A stretch of 64,000 nt of DNA from Candidatus Acidiferrales bacterium (GTDB taxonomy: Bacteria; Acidobacteriota; Terriglobia; Acidiferrales; UBA7541): the NCBI GenBank assembly GCA_963792145.1, contig CAWBVH010000052.1, forward strand, positions 33,916 through 97,915, given 5' to 3'. Position numbers and translations under genes: made by a program. Under the pieces are notes generated by a model. The model did no database searches. It had not been told where the DNA came from and worked only from the letters and a program-made list of their open reading frames with translations. Each line of letters opens with the position of its first letter. Positions within the stretch are counted from its first letter, which is position 1. Below are positions 44,335 to 54,337 of this stretch, piece by piece.

Positions 44335-44363
44335 AGTATAGAGAAGAAAGCCGGTTCTGTCAA
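44335..44363 (-). promoter_or_regulatory. Sigma-70 promoter of the str/S10/spc/alpha cluster
   Basis: Minus strand TTGACA-N17-TATACT. Confidence 0.8.
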
Positions 44364-44508
44364 ACAACTTTCGAAACAGGTCAGTTGAAAAAACTGTGGA
44401 AAAGATGGGTTTGGCAACAAGTCTGCCTAGGCGCGCCCGTTTTGCGCAAACTTTTCTCCGTTCCTGTGATCAATTAGAATACCCTTACTATTACTACATG
44501 CCCTCTTT

Positions 44509-46040
44509 TCAATTACTTGCGGCGCCTTTCCCGTCCAGGCCCATATCCCCAAACGGCCAGAGGTTGAATGATTTCAGCATGTCATACTGGTCCTTATCAC
44601 GAAGCATCTTGGCCGTTTTCTCCGCAGGCCAAGGCGTCGCGAACCTTTCTGGACGGTCGGCGAGCCAGAAAGCAGACAACGCCAAGATGGTCGCGTCCTG
44701 CGCCAGCACATCCGGCTTCACTTCTTCCAGTGAATCCGCCGCGGAATGATGCGTGTATTTGTAATCCGGCGAATCCTGATCGAGATTAATGCCGGGCAGT
44801 CCAGCCAGGATGAACGGGCCGGTGTCGGTGCCGAATTCGATTTTTTCGCTCACCTTGATTTCACGAATGTTGGATAGAGAATCCGCAAAAGGTTCGAATG
44901 CCGCGACCAGGTCGGAGCGTCCTCCGAGTTGAAATTCTTTGATGGGTCCTTGGCCGAAATCGAGCACAATGTCCGCCAAGATGATCTTTCATTTCGCCCT
45001 GGTGCTGTTTCACGTAGGCCAGCGAGCCGAGCAGACCCTGCTCTTCTCCCATGAATAACACGAAGCGAATGGTGCGCCGCGGCTTCATACCACTCTTGAT
45101 GATCGCTTCGGCCGCAGCCAGCACACTGACTGAGCCGACTCCGTTGTCGGTCGTGCCTTCACTTAAGTCCCAGGAATCGAGATGCGCGCCCGCGACGATG
45201 ACTTGCTCCGGGAATTCGTGGCCCACAATTTCACCGACGACATTGGCGCTTTCGACCGGCCCGCTAAAGGAGTTTTGCACGTTGATGCGCAGCCGAACGG
45301 GCCTGCCGGTCGCCAGGTAACGCTCGACCTGGCTCTGATCTTCGCGGGTCATGTCGACGACCGGAATCGCGAAATCCGCAGCAAAACCAACGATTCCCGT
45401 GTGCGTCAGGTTCATGCCGTCGGCCTTGAAGCCCCCTTGCCCGCCAATCACGGCGACGGCTCCGGCCGTTTTCCGCGGCGTTCAGAAAATCACCGTACTG
45501 CGCGAAAATCAGCCAGAAGCTCTTCTTTGGATTGCCCTCGGGCGACATCAAAACAATCTTGCCTTTGAATTTTGATACGTGCTTGATCTCTTCGTCGAGA
45601 TCGAAAAGATTCGCGGTGGCCACCTCGGCTTCCACGCCGCCTGCGGGCGTTGAGCCCGTCCAACCCATGGCGGCGATGCCAAGCGTGCGGTGCTGCGGCG
45701 AGATCAGCTCCGCCGCGGCGCTCCCGCGGGTCCAGCCCTTCCACATGGTCCACTTTTCGTCATGGACATTTTGCAGCCCAATGGCTTTCATCTTCGCGAG
45801 GCTCCAGTCGATGGCTTGCTGCGATTGTGGGGAGCCCGTGACGCGCGCGCCGACCTGATCGCTCAATTCGGTCAGGTATTCGAACGCGTGGGAATCCATG
45901 ATGCCTTCTCCTGCGATCCGGGCGAGAGCCGGCTTGGTGCCATCCTCTTCCGGTCCTTTGGGCTTCATCACGTCGTTGGCCCAGCCCGCGGAGCCCCCAG
46001 CCAGAACCAGCAACGTCAACCCCAGCACGCGGATCTTCAT
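44509..46040 (-). CDS. M28-family (carboxypeptidase Q-like) secreted metallopeptidase; two apparent +1 frameshifts (~45468, ~44975)
   Basis: Three ORF pieces join: signal peptide + LSDQVGARVTGS; AGAHLDSWD..GTTDNG...GEEQGLLGS; TDTGPF...HHSAAD. Each join needs removal of one base. Confidence 0.85.
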
Positions 46041-46208
46041 ACCTGCAGTCTCCTTGAATTTCAGTCGAGGCGCGAACTTTCACTTTAACATGCTCTGTTA
46101 GACGCACCAGCCGGGCGCGGGCTAGTGTGCTGCCAAACAAGGCACACGGCAGGTGCTTGGGCCGAAACGCTTCGACACACTGAACTTTACCCTCCACGTT
46201 CCTGGCCA

Positions 46209-46214
46209 TACACT
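46209..46214 (+). promoter_or_regulatory. -10 box (TACACT) of a probable leaderless transcript
   Basis: TACACT-TCCAGC-GTG (46221): 6-nt spacer, no SD. Confidence 0.45.
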
Positions 46215-46220
46215 TCCAGC

Positions 46221-48249
46221 GTGACAGTCTTCACGCAAATCAGGAAATTTCTAGCGGTGCTTTGCCTCCTGCAGGCGAGCCTGTTGGCTACTGCCGCGCA
46301 GGAGCCGGCTGTCAAGCCGGCGGAAAAGTCCGAGGAGAAGCAAAAGCCGGCCGAGAAATCCACGCTGCCGTTCCAGATTCAGTTACTGGAGACGCGCGTT
46401 CGCTTTGAAGCAAATGGGGATTCCCGCAAGGAAGTCCACACGGTGGTGAAACTGAACAATATTCTTGGCGCGCGAGAGTTTGCCAGGCTCGCTTTCGATT
46501 ACAATCGCGCGTTTCAGCAGCTGGAAATCCCGCAGGTGCGAATCACGCACGCCAATGGCGGCACGTCGGAAGTTTTGCCAAGCGCAATCAGCGACGCCCC
46601 GAATCCGGCGGTGGAGAAGTATCCGGCGTATCAGGATGTGCGCGTCAAATCGATGCGCCTCCTCGGCCTGCAAGAAGGCGACACCGTCGAATACCGCGTC
46701 ATTACGACGACAGCACATCACCCTCTTGCGCCTGATTTCTGGCTGGAGCATAGCTTCGACCACTCCGGCCAGGTGCTCGAAGAAGTGTATGAGTTGGATC
46801 TGCCCACCTCGCGCGAGGCGACGCTATGGACTTCTGAAGATTCGCAGTCGTTCGAAGAAAAGAAATCTGGCGAGGACACTGAGTCGCGGACACTTTATCT
46901 TTGGAAACACTCAGTGAGTCCAAATGAAGAGAAGAAACCGGAGAAGGTCACCGCTCGCAGCTCGCCACAAAGGAGTCTTCCATCTTTCCTAACGGAAGGC
47001 GACTTGGCTGTAACAACATTTGCAAACTGGCCGAAGTTCATGGTCGCCATACAGAAATTCTTTCCCTACGAGAGCCCGGCAGCACCGGGAATCAAAGACG
47101 AAGCGATGAAGCTGACGGCGGAAGCGAAGACCACCGAGGCCCGTTTGCGCGTGCTATACGAGTTTGTGGCGCAGAAAGTTATTACAGTGGATTTGCCATT
47201 GAGCGCGACGGGACTCGCCACCCGCATGCCACAGGACGTTCTGGCGACTGGCTATGCCACACCGGAAGACAAATGCACGCTGTTGATTTCCCTTGCCAGA
47301 GCGATTGGCCTCCCGGCTGAACCTGCCTTGACGGGACCTGCTGCGTCGTCGGTTCATGGGCCAGCGGTGCCTTCGCTCCTCACGACCGTTTTAGTCTTTG
47401 CTCCGAACCACGAACCCCGCGTGCGGCCCTCCGAGGGAGTGAAGAATACCTGGATGGATCCATCCGAACCGGTAACACCGTTTGGCATGATTGCAGCGAA
47501 TCTGCGCGGTAAATCCGCGCTCCTTCCCTTCCCTCAAAGTGACATTCAATTCTTCAAAAAGATCCCGCAGTCGCTGCCATTCGCGGCGTTCCAGAAGGTG
47601 GGAGTGAACGCGAAACTTTCAGAAAGTGGGGACCTGGCCGCAAAGGTGAACTACGCGCTGCGCGGCGATAATGAATTGCTCCTCCGCGTGGCGTTTCATC
47701 AGACGCCGAAGGAGAAGTGGAAAGAGGTAGCGAGCTTGCTCGCGATTTCCGACGGGTTCCGGGGACAGGTGACCAGCGTCAACGCGTCGGATCCCATGGC
47801 CACAAGGGAGCCGTTCACCGTCGAGTACGAACTTTCCCAGCCGAAATTTGTCGATTGGTCGAAAAAACCTGTGCGTATTCCTGCGTTGCTGCCGCAGATC
47901 GGATTGCCAGAGCCTCCGACGAAGCTCGCTGAAGACGGGAAGAAGTCCAACATCGAATTGGGCACTCCGCTGAATGTGGAAACGCAACTGACGCTGCACC
48001 TGCCGCCTGGCACGAAGGTGCAGGCGCCCGCGGGGACTTCCGTGGCGCGCGATTACGCCACCTATGCTTCGAAGTATTCCGTAACGACGGACAGGCTGAC
48101 GGCTTCGCGGCAGATCAAATTTTTGTTGCGCGAAGTCTCCGCAGAGCGCGCCGTAGACTACAGCGCTTTTCTGCATGCGGTGCAGAATGACCAGGCGCAG
48201 ATATTTTGTGTTGGATCGTGGAGTCGGGGAAAAGAGCGCCAGAAGCTGA
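46221..48249 (+). CDS. DUF3857 plus transglutaminase-like domain protein, secreted; probable +1 frameshift at ~48201 (ORF track ends 48296)
   Basis: Signal peptide, VRFEANG, GDTVEY, LYEFVAQ, P.DVL..GY, WMDP. The shifted frame gives DQAQYFVLDR...* at 48249. Confidence 0.7.
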
Positions 48250-48294
48250 GTAAGAGTGTGGCGAGAAGTGCAGTATCTGGCTTTTGTGTTGGTT

Positions 48295-48335
48295 GAGAGC
48301 TTTCGTTTCGCGGAATGCGCAGGCCTCAGGATGAC
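48295..48335. repeat. Degenerate GAGA..TTCG...CTCAGGATGAC repeat copy
   Basis: GAGAGCTTTCG...GGCCTCAGGATGAC between convergent genes. Confidence 0.5.
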
Positions 48336-48362
48336 ACGCATGTAGCAGTTAGAATGTGATTC

Positions 48363-48389
48363 CTGATCGCTGATCTCTGATTACTGATG
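48363..48389. repeat. Heptamer array after frr
   Basis: CTGATCG CTGATCT CTGATTA CTGATG. Confidence 0.6.
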
Positions 48390-48399
48390 TCTCCCTGCT

Positions 48400-48975
48400 T
48401 CACTTAATCTCCATCACCTCTTTTTCCTTGAGGGCGGAGAGATCTTCTATCTTCTTCGTTTCTGAGTGCGAAACTTTCTCGAGTTCGTCGAGCGCGCGCT
48501 TCTGCTCGTCCTGGCTGATCTTTTTGTCCTTCTCCAGTTTGTCGATGGCTTCTTTAATGTCGCGGCGGATATTGCGCACGGCGGTGCGGTGATTTTCCAG
48601 CGTTTTGTGAATATGCTTCACTAGTTCCTTGCGGCGCTCTTCTGTGGGCGAAGGAATCGGGACGCGAACCACTTTGCCATCCGTGGTTGGGTTCAATCCC
48701 AAGTCGGAAGAGCGAATCGCTTTATCGATAAGCGGGACAGCGCTGGGATCCCAGGGCGTAATCACCAGCATCGAAGCGTCGGGAATCGTGACGCTGCCCA
48801 GTTGATTCACGGGCATGGGCGTGCCGTGATAATCCACGCGCACATGATCCAGAATCGCGGCGTTGGCGCGACCGGTACGCACGCTGGCCAGTTCCTTCCG
48901 GAAGTCGTCCACCGCTTTCTCCATGCGCGTTTTAGCCGCGGCCATGGCGTCTTTCGTCGTAACAATCGTAGTCAT
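48400..48975 (-). CDS. frr: Ribosome recycling factor
   Basis: SVRTGRAN, VDYHG, SDLGLNP, TEERRKELVK, VRNIRRD, KEKEVM. Start ATG 48975. Confidence 0.98.
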   Translation of the reverse strand: MTTIVTTKDAMAAAKTRMEKAVDDFRKELASVRTGRANAAILDHVRVDYHGTPMPVNQLGSVTIPDASMLVITPWDPSAVPLIDKAIRSSDLGLNPTTDGKVVRVPIPSPTEERRKELVKHIHKTLENHRTAVRNIRRDIKEAIDKLEKDKKISQDEQKRALDELEKVSHSETKKIEDLSALKEKEVMEIK

Positions 48976-49045
48976 TTCTCTATCCTCGATGAAGTGTTGA
49001 CCCTGGCAAAATCCTGCATCAGTATCCCGTGGTGCTGAAAGTTTT

Positions 49046-49071
49046 GAACTTAAAACTGAAAACTCAGAACT
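49046..49071. repeat. Heptamer array (pyrH-frr junction)
   Basis: GAACTTA AAACTGA AAACTCA GAACT. Confidence 0.7.
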
Positions 49072-49082
49072 ACCGTTATCCC

Positions 49083-49838
49083 CTACGCCGGCGTCACCTT
49101 TGAGCCGACGCTTTCTCCCAACACCGCGCGGCGAATGTTTCCCGGCTTGTTCATGTTGAAAATGACAATGGGCATGCCATTGTCCATGCACAAGGAAATC
49201 GCGGTGGCATCCATTACTTTCAAGTTCTGGTGAAGCACTTCGCGGTACGTGATCGCCGCGAAGAACTTCGCATCGGTTACCTTTTCCGGGTCCGCGTCGT
49301 AAATTCCATCGACGCGCGTGGCCTTCAGGATGACGTCGGCCTTTATTTCCATGGCGCGCAAAGCTGCCGCGGTGTCCGTGGAAAAATAGGGATTGCCGGT
49401 GCCCGCCGCGAAAATTACCACGCGTCCCTTTTCCAGGTGGCGAGTGGAACGCCGGCGGATAAACGGCTCGCATACCTGATGCATTTCGATGGCGCTTTGT
49501 ACCCGCGTGTGCACGTCCACTTTTTCCAGCGCGTCTTGCAGAGCAAGCGCGTTCAACACCGTGGCCAGCATGCCCATGTAATCGCCGGTGGCGCGATCGA
49601 TTTCGAAGCCTTTTTGCCGCGCGCCTCGAAAAATATTTCCCCCGCCGACCATGATGGCGATCTGCACGCCCAACTTATGTACTTCGCGCAATTCTTTCGC
49701 GATGGCGTGGATGGTTTCTCCGTCGATGCCAAATCCCTGCGGACCTTGCAGCGATTCACCGGAGAGTTTCAGCAAAATGCGGTGATACGCCGGACGCTTT
49801 TTTTCGCTCTTCTTCGCCAAGCTTGATCCCTTTGCCAT
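49083..49838 (-). CDS. pyrH: UMP kinase
   Basis: [41 protein letters not shown]. Confidence 0.98.
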   Translation of the reverse strand: MAKGSSLAKKSEKKRPAYHRILLKLSGESLQGPQGFGIDGETIHAIAKELREVHKLGVQIAIMVGGGNIFRGARQKGFEIDRATGDYMGMLATVLNALALQDALEKVDVHTRVQSAIEMHQVCEPFIRRRSTRHLEKGRVVIFAAGTGNPYFSTDTAAALRAMEIKADVILKATRVDGIYDADPEKVTDAKFFAAITYREVLHQNLKVMDATAISLCMDNGMPIVIFNMNKPGNIRRAVLGESVGSKVTPA

Positions 49839-49935
49839 TTGTCTCCATTCAGCCGGAGCGAAACCCTGCCGATTGTAACAAACATACACCGCTCTGGCCT
49901 ATGAGCAACGCACTTCCATACATTTTCTGTGACCC

Positions 49936-49970
49936 AAAATGGGAAACGCCCCGGATACCCGAGGCGCTTC
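49936..49970 (-). terminator. Hairpin terminator after tsf
   Basis: Minus strand GAAGCGCCTCGG-GTAT-CCGGGGCGTTTC-CCATTTT. Confidence 0.5.
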
Positions 49971-50023
49971 GTTATCTGTTATGTGCTGGCAGGTTACTCC
50001 CGCCGGTTCATCTGTGAACGCTT

Positions 50024-50695
50024 TCAGCTGTTCACCGGCGCGGGCATAGGCTCCGGCGCTCCAGCAGCAGAAGGACCGCCGCCCTCGCCGACCTTGAACC
50101 GCGCAAAGCGACGGATAGCGATGTTTTCGCCAAGTTTGGAGATCGCCTGGGTAATCATCTCGCCGATGGTCTGCGTCTCGTCCTTAATGTAGTGCTGTTC
50201 GTAGAGGCAGGACTCCTCGTAGAACTTTTCCATCTTGCCGGTGACGATCTTCTGGATGACCTGTTCCGGTTTGCCGGTGGCGCGTGCCTGCGCGGTGTAA
50301 ATCTCGCGCTCCTTTTCCAGCATTTCGGGGGTCACGTCTTCGCGGCGCACATAGCGCGGATCGACAGCGGCGATATGCATCGCCACGTCGTGGCAAAGCT
50401 GTTTGAAAGCATCTGTGCGCGCAACGAAATCGCTCTCGCAATTAATTTCCACGATCACGCCGATCTTGCCTCCAGCATGAATATAGTGGCCAATGAGACC
50501 CTCGGTGGCTTCGCGAGTGGCTTTCTTGGCGGCCGCGGCCTGGCCCTTCTTCCGCAGAACGTCAATGGCTTTTTCGATGTCGCCATTCGTCTCGACAAGC
50601 GCGGCACGGCAATCGCTAAACCCCGCGTTGGTTCTCTCTCTGAGTTCCTTGACGAGCTTCGCTGGAATTTCCATGACTGGTTTAGATGTACTCAT
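50024..50695 (-). CDS. tsf: Elongation factor Ts (short form)
   Basis: VKELRERT, LRKKG, EINCESDFVA, AMHIAA, GENI.IRRFARF. Confidence 0.98.
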   Translation of the reverse strand: MSTSKPVMEIPAKLVKELRERTNAGFSDCRAALVETNGDIEKAIDVLRKKGQAAAAKKATREATEGLIGHYIHAGGKIGVIVEINCESDFVARTDAFKQLCHDVAMHIAAVDPRYVRREDVTPEMLEKEREIYTAQARATGKPEQVIQKIVTGKMEKFYEESCLYEQHYIKDETQTIGEMITQAISKLGENIAIRRFARFKVGEGGGPSAAGAPEPMPAPVNS

Positions 50696-50738
50696 CCTTT
50701 TCTCTCTGAGTTCCTTTTCTCGATTGTGCGCACCCTAG

Positions 50739-50782
50739 AAAAATGGCCCGGCGTTGAATTTGCGCACAGCGCCGGGCCATTT
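50739..50782 (-). terminator. Terminator/attenuator-like hairpin between rpsB and tsf
   Basis: AAATGGCCCGGCG ... CGCCGGGCCATTT 13-bp stem followed by a U-run on the minus strand. Confidence 0.65.
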
Positions 50783-50808
50783 GAATTTAGTACCCTTGCG
50801 CGGATTAG

Positions 50809-51690
50809 TTAGCGGGTTTCCTCATCGGGAGGCACGGTGGTTTCCGCAGGCTCCACGGCTTCCGCAGCCGCTGCTTCGGTACCTTCAACGAAGTCGCCTT
50901 CCTGCTTCTCGTACTGCTCGTAGGCGCTGGTGTCCACGTATTCGACGCCATCGATGTGCGCCTGGTCCGCAGCAGACTTCTGGTCGGCTACCTGAGACTG
51001 CTCGTAAGCAGCGCGGCCTTCGGCGACGGCATCGGCGATCTTGGTGGTGAACAGACGAATGGCGCGCAACGCGTCATCATTGCCCGGGATAATCCAGTCA
51101 ACCATGTCCGGATCGCAATTGGTATCGACGACGCTGACCACCGGAATACCCATGCGACGCGCTTCCTTCACCGCAATTTCCTCGGCGTTGGAGTCCACCA
51201 CGAACATGGCATCGGGCAGCTGCGCCATGTTCTCAATGCCTTCCAGGTTTTGGAACAATCCCTTCATCTCGCGATCCAAGCGCGCGCGCTCTTTCTTGGA
51301 GAGCTGCAGCATGCGGCCATCTTCCGCCATGGCCTTCAGCAACTTCAAGCGCTTGATCGATTTCTGCAGTGTGGTCCAATTGGTCAAAGTGCCGCCCAGC
51401 CAGCGGTGATTCACGAAATAAGCACCGCAGCGCTTCGCCTCCTCGGCGATGGCATCCTGAGCCTGGCGCTTTGTACCGACAAACAAAACGGTTCTTCCGT
51501 GCGACGAGATTTCGCCCACGAAGCGGCTCGCTTCGCGGAACATCTTCAGGGTCTTCTGCAGGTCAATGATGTGGATGCCGTTGCGTTCCCCGAAAATGTA
51601 TTCCTTCATTTTGGGGTTCCAACGACGCGTCTGGTGACCGAAGTGAACGCCGGCCTCCAGCAGCTCCTTCATGGTGATTTCTACTGCCAC
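50809..51690 (-). CDS. rpsB: 30S ribosomal protein S2 with acidic C-terminal tail
   Basis: [40 protein letters not shown] 51690 after AGGAGG. Confidence 0.99.
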   Translation of the reverse strand: MAVEITMKELLEAGVHFGHQTRRWNPKMKEYIFGERNGIHIIDLQKTLKMFREASRFVGEISSHGRTVLFVGTKRQAQDAIAEEAKRCGAYFVNHRWLGGTLTNWTTLQKSIKRLKLLKAMAEDGRMLQLSKKERARLDREMKGLFQNLEGIENMAQLPDAMFVVDSNAEEIAVKEARRMGIPVVSVVDTNCDPDMVDWIIPGNDDALRAIRLFTTKIADAVAEGRAAYEQSQVADQKSAADQAHIDGVEYVDTSAYEQYEKQEGDFVEGTEAAAAEAVEPAETTVPPDEETR

Positions 51691-51887
51691 TTTTCCTCCT
51701 AAGTAGATAGCTGTTTTTCGCGCCGTCCCGTGTTTTGGCTTGCAAGAAACCAATCACAGTGTGACGGCGACGCAACAGCCTCTTGCCGGCATCTTGCCGG
51801 CCGTGATCTTAGCGGCGCAACTTGCGCTGCACCGCCAGAGCCCAAAGGACGGAGCGAACTCCGTCCAATCCTGCCGCCGCCAGTTCT

Positions 51888-52307
51888 TTACCGCTTGGTG
51901 AACTGGAAGCGCTTGCGCGCGCCCTTCTGGCCGTACTTCTTGCGTTCCTTCATACGGGAATCGCGCGTCAAAAATCCGTTTTTGCGGAGCGAGGGACGCA
52001 GCTCCGGGTTGAAGCGGCTGATGGCGCGGGAAAGCCCCATGCGCACCGCTCCGGACTGACCACCCACGCCGCCACCCTTGGCCGTGCAAACGACGTCCAC
52101 CTGATCGAGCAAGCTGGTGAACTTCAGCGGCTCGGTGGCATCATGCTCCCAGGCATGATTGGGAAAATACTCTTTCGGGGTCCGGCCGTTCACCGTGAAC
52201 TTGCCGCTGCCGGCACGCAAGAACACGCGCGCAATGGATTCCTTGCGGCGGCCCGTGCCGTGAAACCACGTCTTACTGCCCGTTGCGGGCGTCTCGACAG
52301 TGCTCAA
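51888..52307 (-). CDS. rpsI: 30S ribosomal protein S9
   Basis: GTGRRK, GGG..GQ.GA, LTRDSR.KERKK.G..GARK..QF.KR. TTG after GAGGAGG. Confidence 0.98.
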   Translation of the reverse strand: MSTVETPATGSKTWFHGTGRRKESIARVFLRAGSGKFTVNGRTPKEYFPNHAWEHDATEPLKFTSLLDQVDVVCTAKGGGVGGQSGAVRMGLSRAISRFNPELRPSLRKNGFLTRDSRMKERKKYGQKGARKRFQFTKR

Positions 52308-52452
52308 TGCTCCTCCTCAAAACCAGTTTGGCGAGGCTTCGCCCCGCATTCATCGAACTTCACGTCGGGGTGTCTCCCTGCTAAGACACTACTTAGGGGG
52401 GAACAGCCTACGTGCGGAAAAACTCAAATGCTCCGAACCCAGCCGAAAATGC

Positions 52453-52902
52453 TTAGACCGATACGGACTGGGGCTTTTGCCCTGCATGGCGCGCCAAACC
52501 AGCGGCGTCGCGATACACGCGCAACTTCTTCGCGCGACGCGCACGCAGCTTGTTCTTTGGCAGCATGCCCAAAACCGCTTCGCGAACCATCCATTCAGGC
52601 TTCGATTCGCGAACACGCTTCGCCGGAACTTCCTTCAAGCCGCCCGGATAACCGCTGTGCGAATAGTAGACCTTTTGCTCCACCTTGTTCCCGGTCATGC
52701 GAATCTTGTCGGCATTGATGACCACCACGTGGTCGCCCGAATCGAGATACGGCGTAAAGCTGGCCTTATCCTTGCCGATCAGCAAACGCGCCACTTTGGT
52801 GGCCAAGCGTCCCAACACCACATTGGTTGCGTCCACAACAAACCACTGCGCGCCCACTTTCAGCGCTTCTGCTTCTGCTCCCTTGGCTACGTACGTCCTC
52901 AT
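52453..52902 (-). CDS. rplM: 50S ribosomal protein L13
   Basis: W.VVDA...LGRLA, FTP..D.GD.VVVINA, HSGYPGG, GMLPKN. Confidence 0.98.
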   Translation of the reverse strand: MRTYVAKGAEAEALKVGAQWFVVDATNVVLGRLATKVARLLIGKDKASFTPYLDSGDHVVVINADKIRMTGNKVEQKVYYSHSGYPGGLKEVPAKRVRESKPEWMVREAVLGMLPKNKLRARRAKKLRVYRDAAGLARHAGQKPQSVSV

Positions 52903-52940
52903 TGCAACAGTCACACCTTTCCCTGTAAAGACAAAATCTA

Positions 52941-52969
52941 AGTCTAGGGGCTGCCCGAGGATTTGTCAA
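52941..52969 (-). promoter_or_regulatory. Sigma-70 promoter of rplM
   Basis: Minus strand TTGACA-N17-TAGACT. Confidence 0.75.
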
Positions 52970-53198
52970 CGAAGTTCGCCCGTACAGATTAGCTGCGATA
53001 CCGAGAGGAGACCCTATGCCGCTATATGGACGAGGAAGCGGCATCGTTGTTAGCAGGAGCATTACCATTTGCGGGAGGTTTCCTTTTTCCCCGTTGCCGG
53101 GAGCGGAATCCTTCATTAAGATAGCGGCAGTTTAAGGCGGAGTGTTTTCGCTAGTGTCCCTCGACATCCGCGACACCCGTCCGCTGCAAGGAGTTTCC

Positions 53199-54218
53199 AT
53201 GATGCTCAGCAGGTTCTCCCGTATTGCTCTGACTTTATTTGCTAGCGCAATGATTTGTGCTTCTGCGTGGTCTCAGGATGCCGCCACTGCACCGGCGCCT
53301 GCCGCGGCCACAGGGCCAAAAAAGCGCGTAGCGGTGATGAATTTTGACTACGGCACGGTGAAGACGACCGTTGCGCAAATCTTCGGTTCCGATCAGGATG
53401 TGGGCAAAGGCATCTCCGATTTGCTGGTCCAAAAACTAGTGCAGGACGGCAAATACTCGGTCATCGAGCGGAACGCGCTCGACAAAATCCTCGCTGAGCA
53501 GAATTTCTCCAATAGCGACCGCGCCGACTCCGCAACCGCCGCGAAGATCGGAAAGATCCTTGGCATAGACTGCATCATCATTGGATCGATCACGCAGTTT
53601 GGCCGCGACGATCAGCACACCAACGTGGGCGGCGGCGGCTATGGTTTGGGCAGATTCGGACTTGGCGGCGTGGGCACCAGCAAAGCGAAAGCAGTGGTGG
53701 GAGTCAGCGCGCGCATGATTAATACCTCAACCGGAGAAATCCTGGTAGCGGTTACAGGCACCGGCGAATCGACGCGCTCCAGCACTGCCCTTCTCGGCGG
53801 CGGCGGCGGGTGGAGCGGAGGAGGTGGCGGCAGCCTCGACATGGGCAGCAGCAACTTCTCGAACACCATCCTCGGCGAAGCCGTTCACAAGGCCGTCGAC
53901 GACACCGGCGCACAGCTCGATGCCTCCGTTGACAAAATCCCCACCGTCAAAATGGAAGTCAACGGCCTGGTCGCCGATGTTTCCGGCAGCACTCTGATCA
54001 TCAATGTAGGCAAGAAATCCGGCGTGCACGTGGGCGATAAGCTGATCGTTTCGCGCCAGGTGCGCACCGTGAAGGATCCCGCGACGGGCAAAGTCATTAA
54101 ATCCGTGGAAGATAAAGTTGGCGAAGCAACGGTCACTGAAGCGGACAATGATTCGGCCACGGTCACATTCAGCGGTTCCGGCCCAGCCAAGGTCGGCGAC
54201 GTGGTGAAAACTCCCTAA
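53199..54218 (+). CDS. CsgG/HfaB-family secreted protein with C-terminal beta domain
   Basis: Signal peptide, KKRVAVMNF, VIER..LDKIL.EQ, AAKIGKILG, GSITQFG, TGEI, INVG...GV..GD. Confidence 0.8.
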   Translation: MMLSRFSRIALTLFASAMICASAWSQDAATAPAPAAATGPKKRVAVMNFDYGTVKTTVAQIFGSDQDVGKGISDLLVQKLVQDGKYSVIERNALDKILAEQNFSNSDRADSATAAKIGKILGIDCIIIGSITQFGRDDQHTNVGGGGYGLGRFGLGGVGTSKAKAVVGVSARMINTSTGEILVAVTGTGESTRSSTALLGGGGGWSGGGGGSLDMGSSNFSNTILGEAVHKAVDDTGAQLDASVDKIPTVKMEVNGLVADVSGSTLIINVGKKSGVHVGDKLIVSRQVRTVKDPATGKVIKSVEDKVGEATVTEADNDSATVTFSGSGPAKVGDVVKTP

Positions 54219-54243
54219 GTCTTAACAAATTGCCATAACTTCG

Positions 54244-54281
54244 CGAGCCCGCAAAAGTGTATGCGGGCTCGTTTCTATTTT
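54244..54281 (+). terminator. Rho-independent terminator after the CsgG-family gene
   Basis: CGAGCCCGCA-AAAGTGTA-TGCGGGCTCG-TTTCTATTTT. Confidence 0.7.
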
Positions 54282-54337
54282 AGCGGTCTCTATTTGGTGT
54301 ATTCTTTCCTTCACCGACCTATTCACCGGAGGTTTCC

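Noticed and set aside
48976-49473. 357-aa extended frr in the ORF track
   Set aside because: The extension overlaps pyrH in another frame; the RRF sequence begins at ATG 48975. The same applies to over-extended fusA, rpsC, rpsS, map and adk starts.
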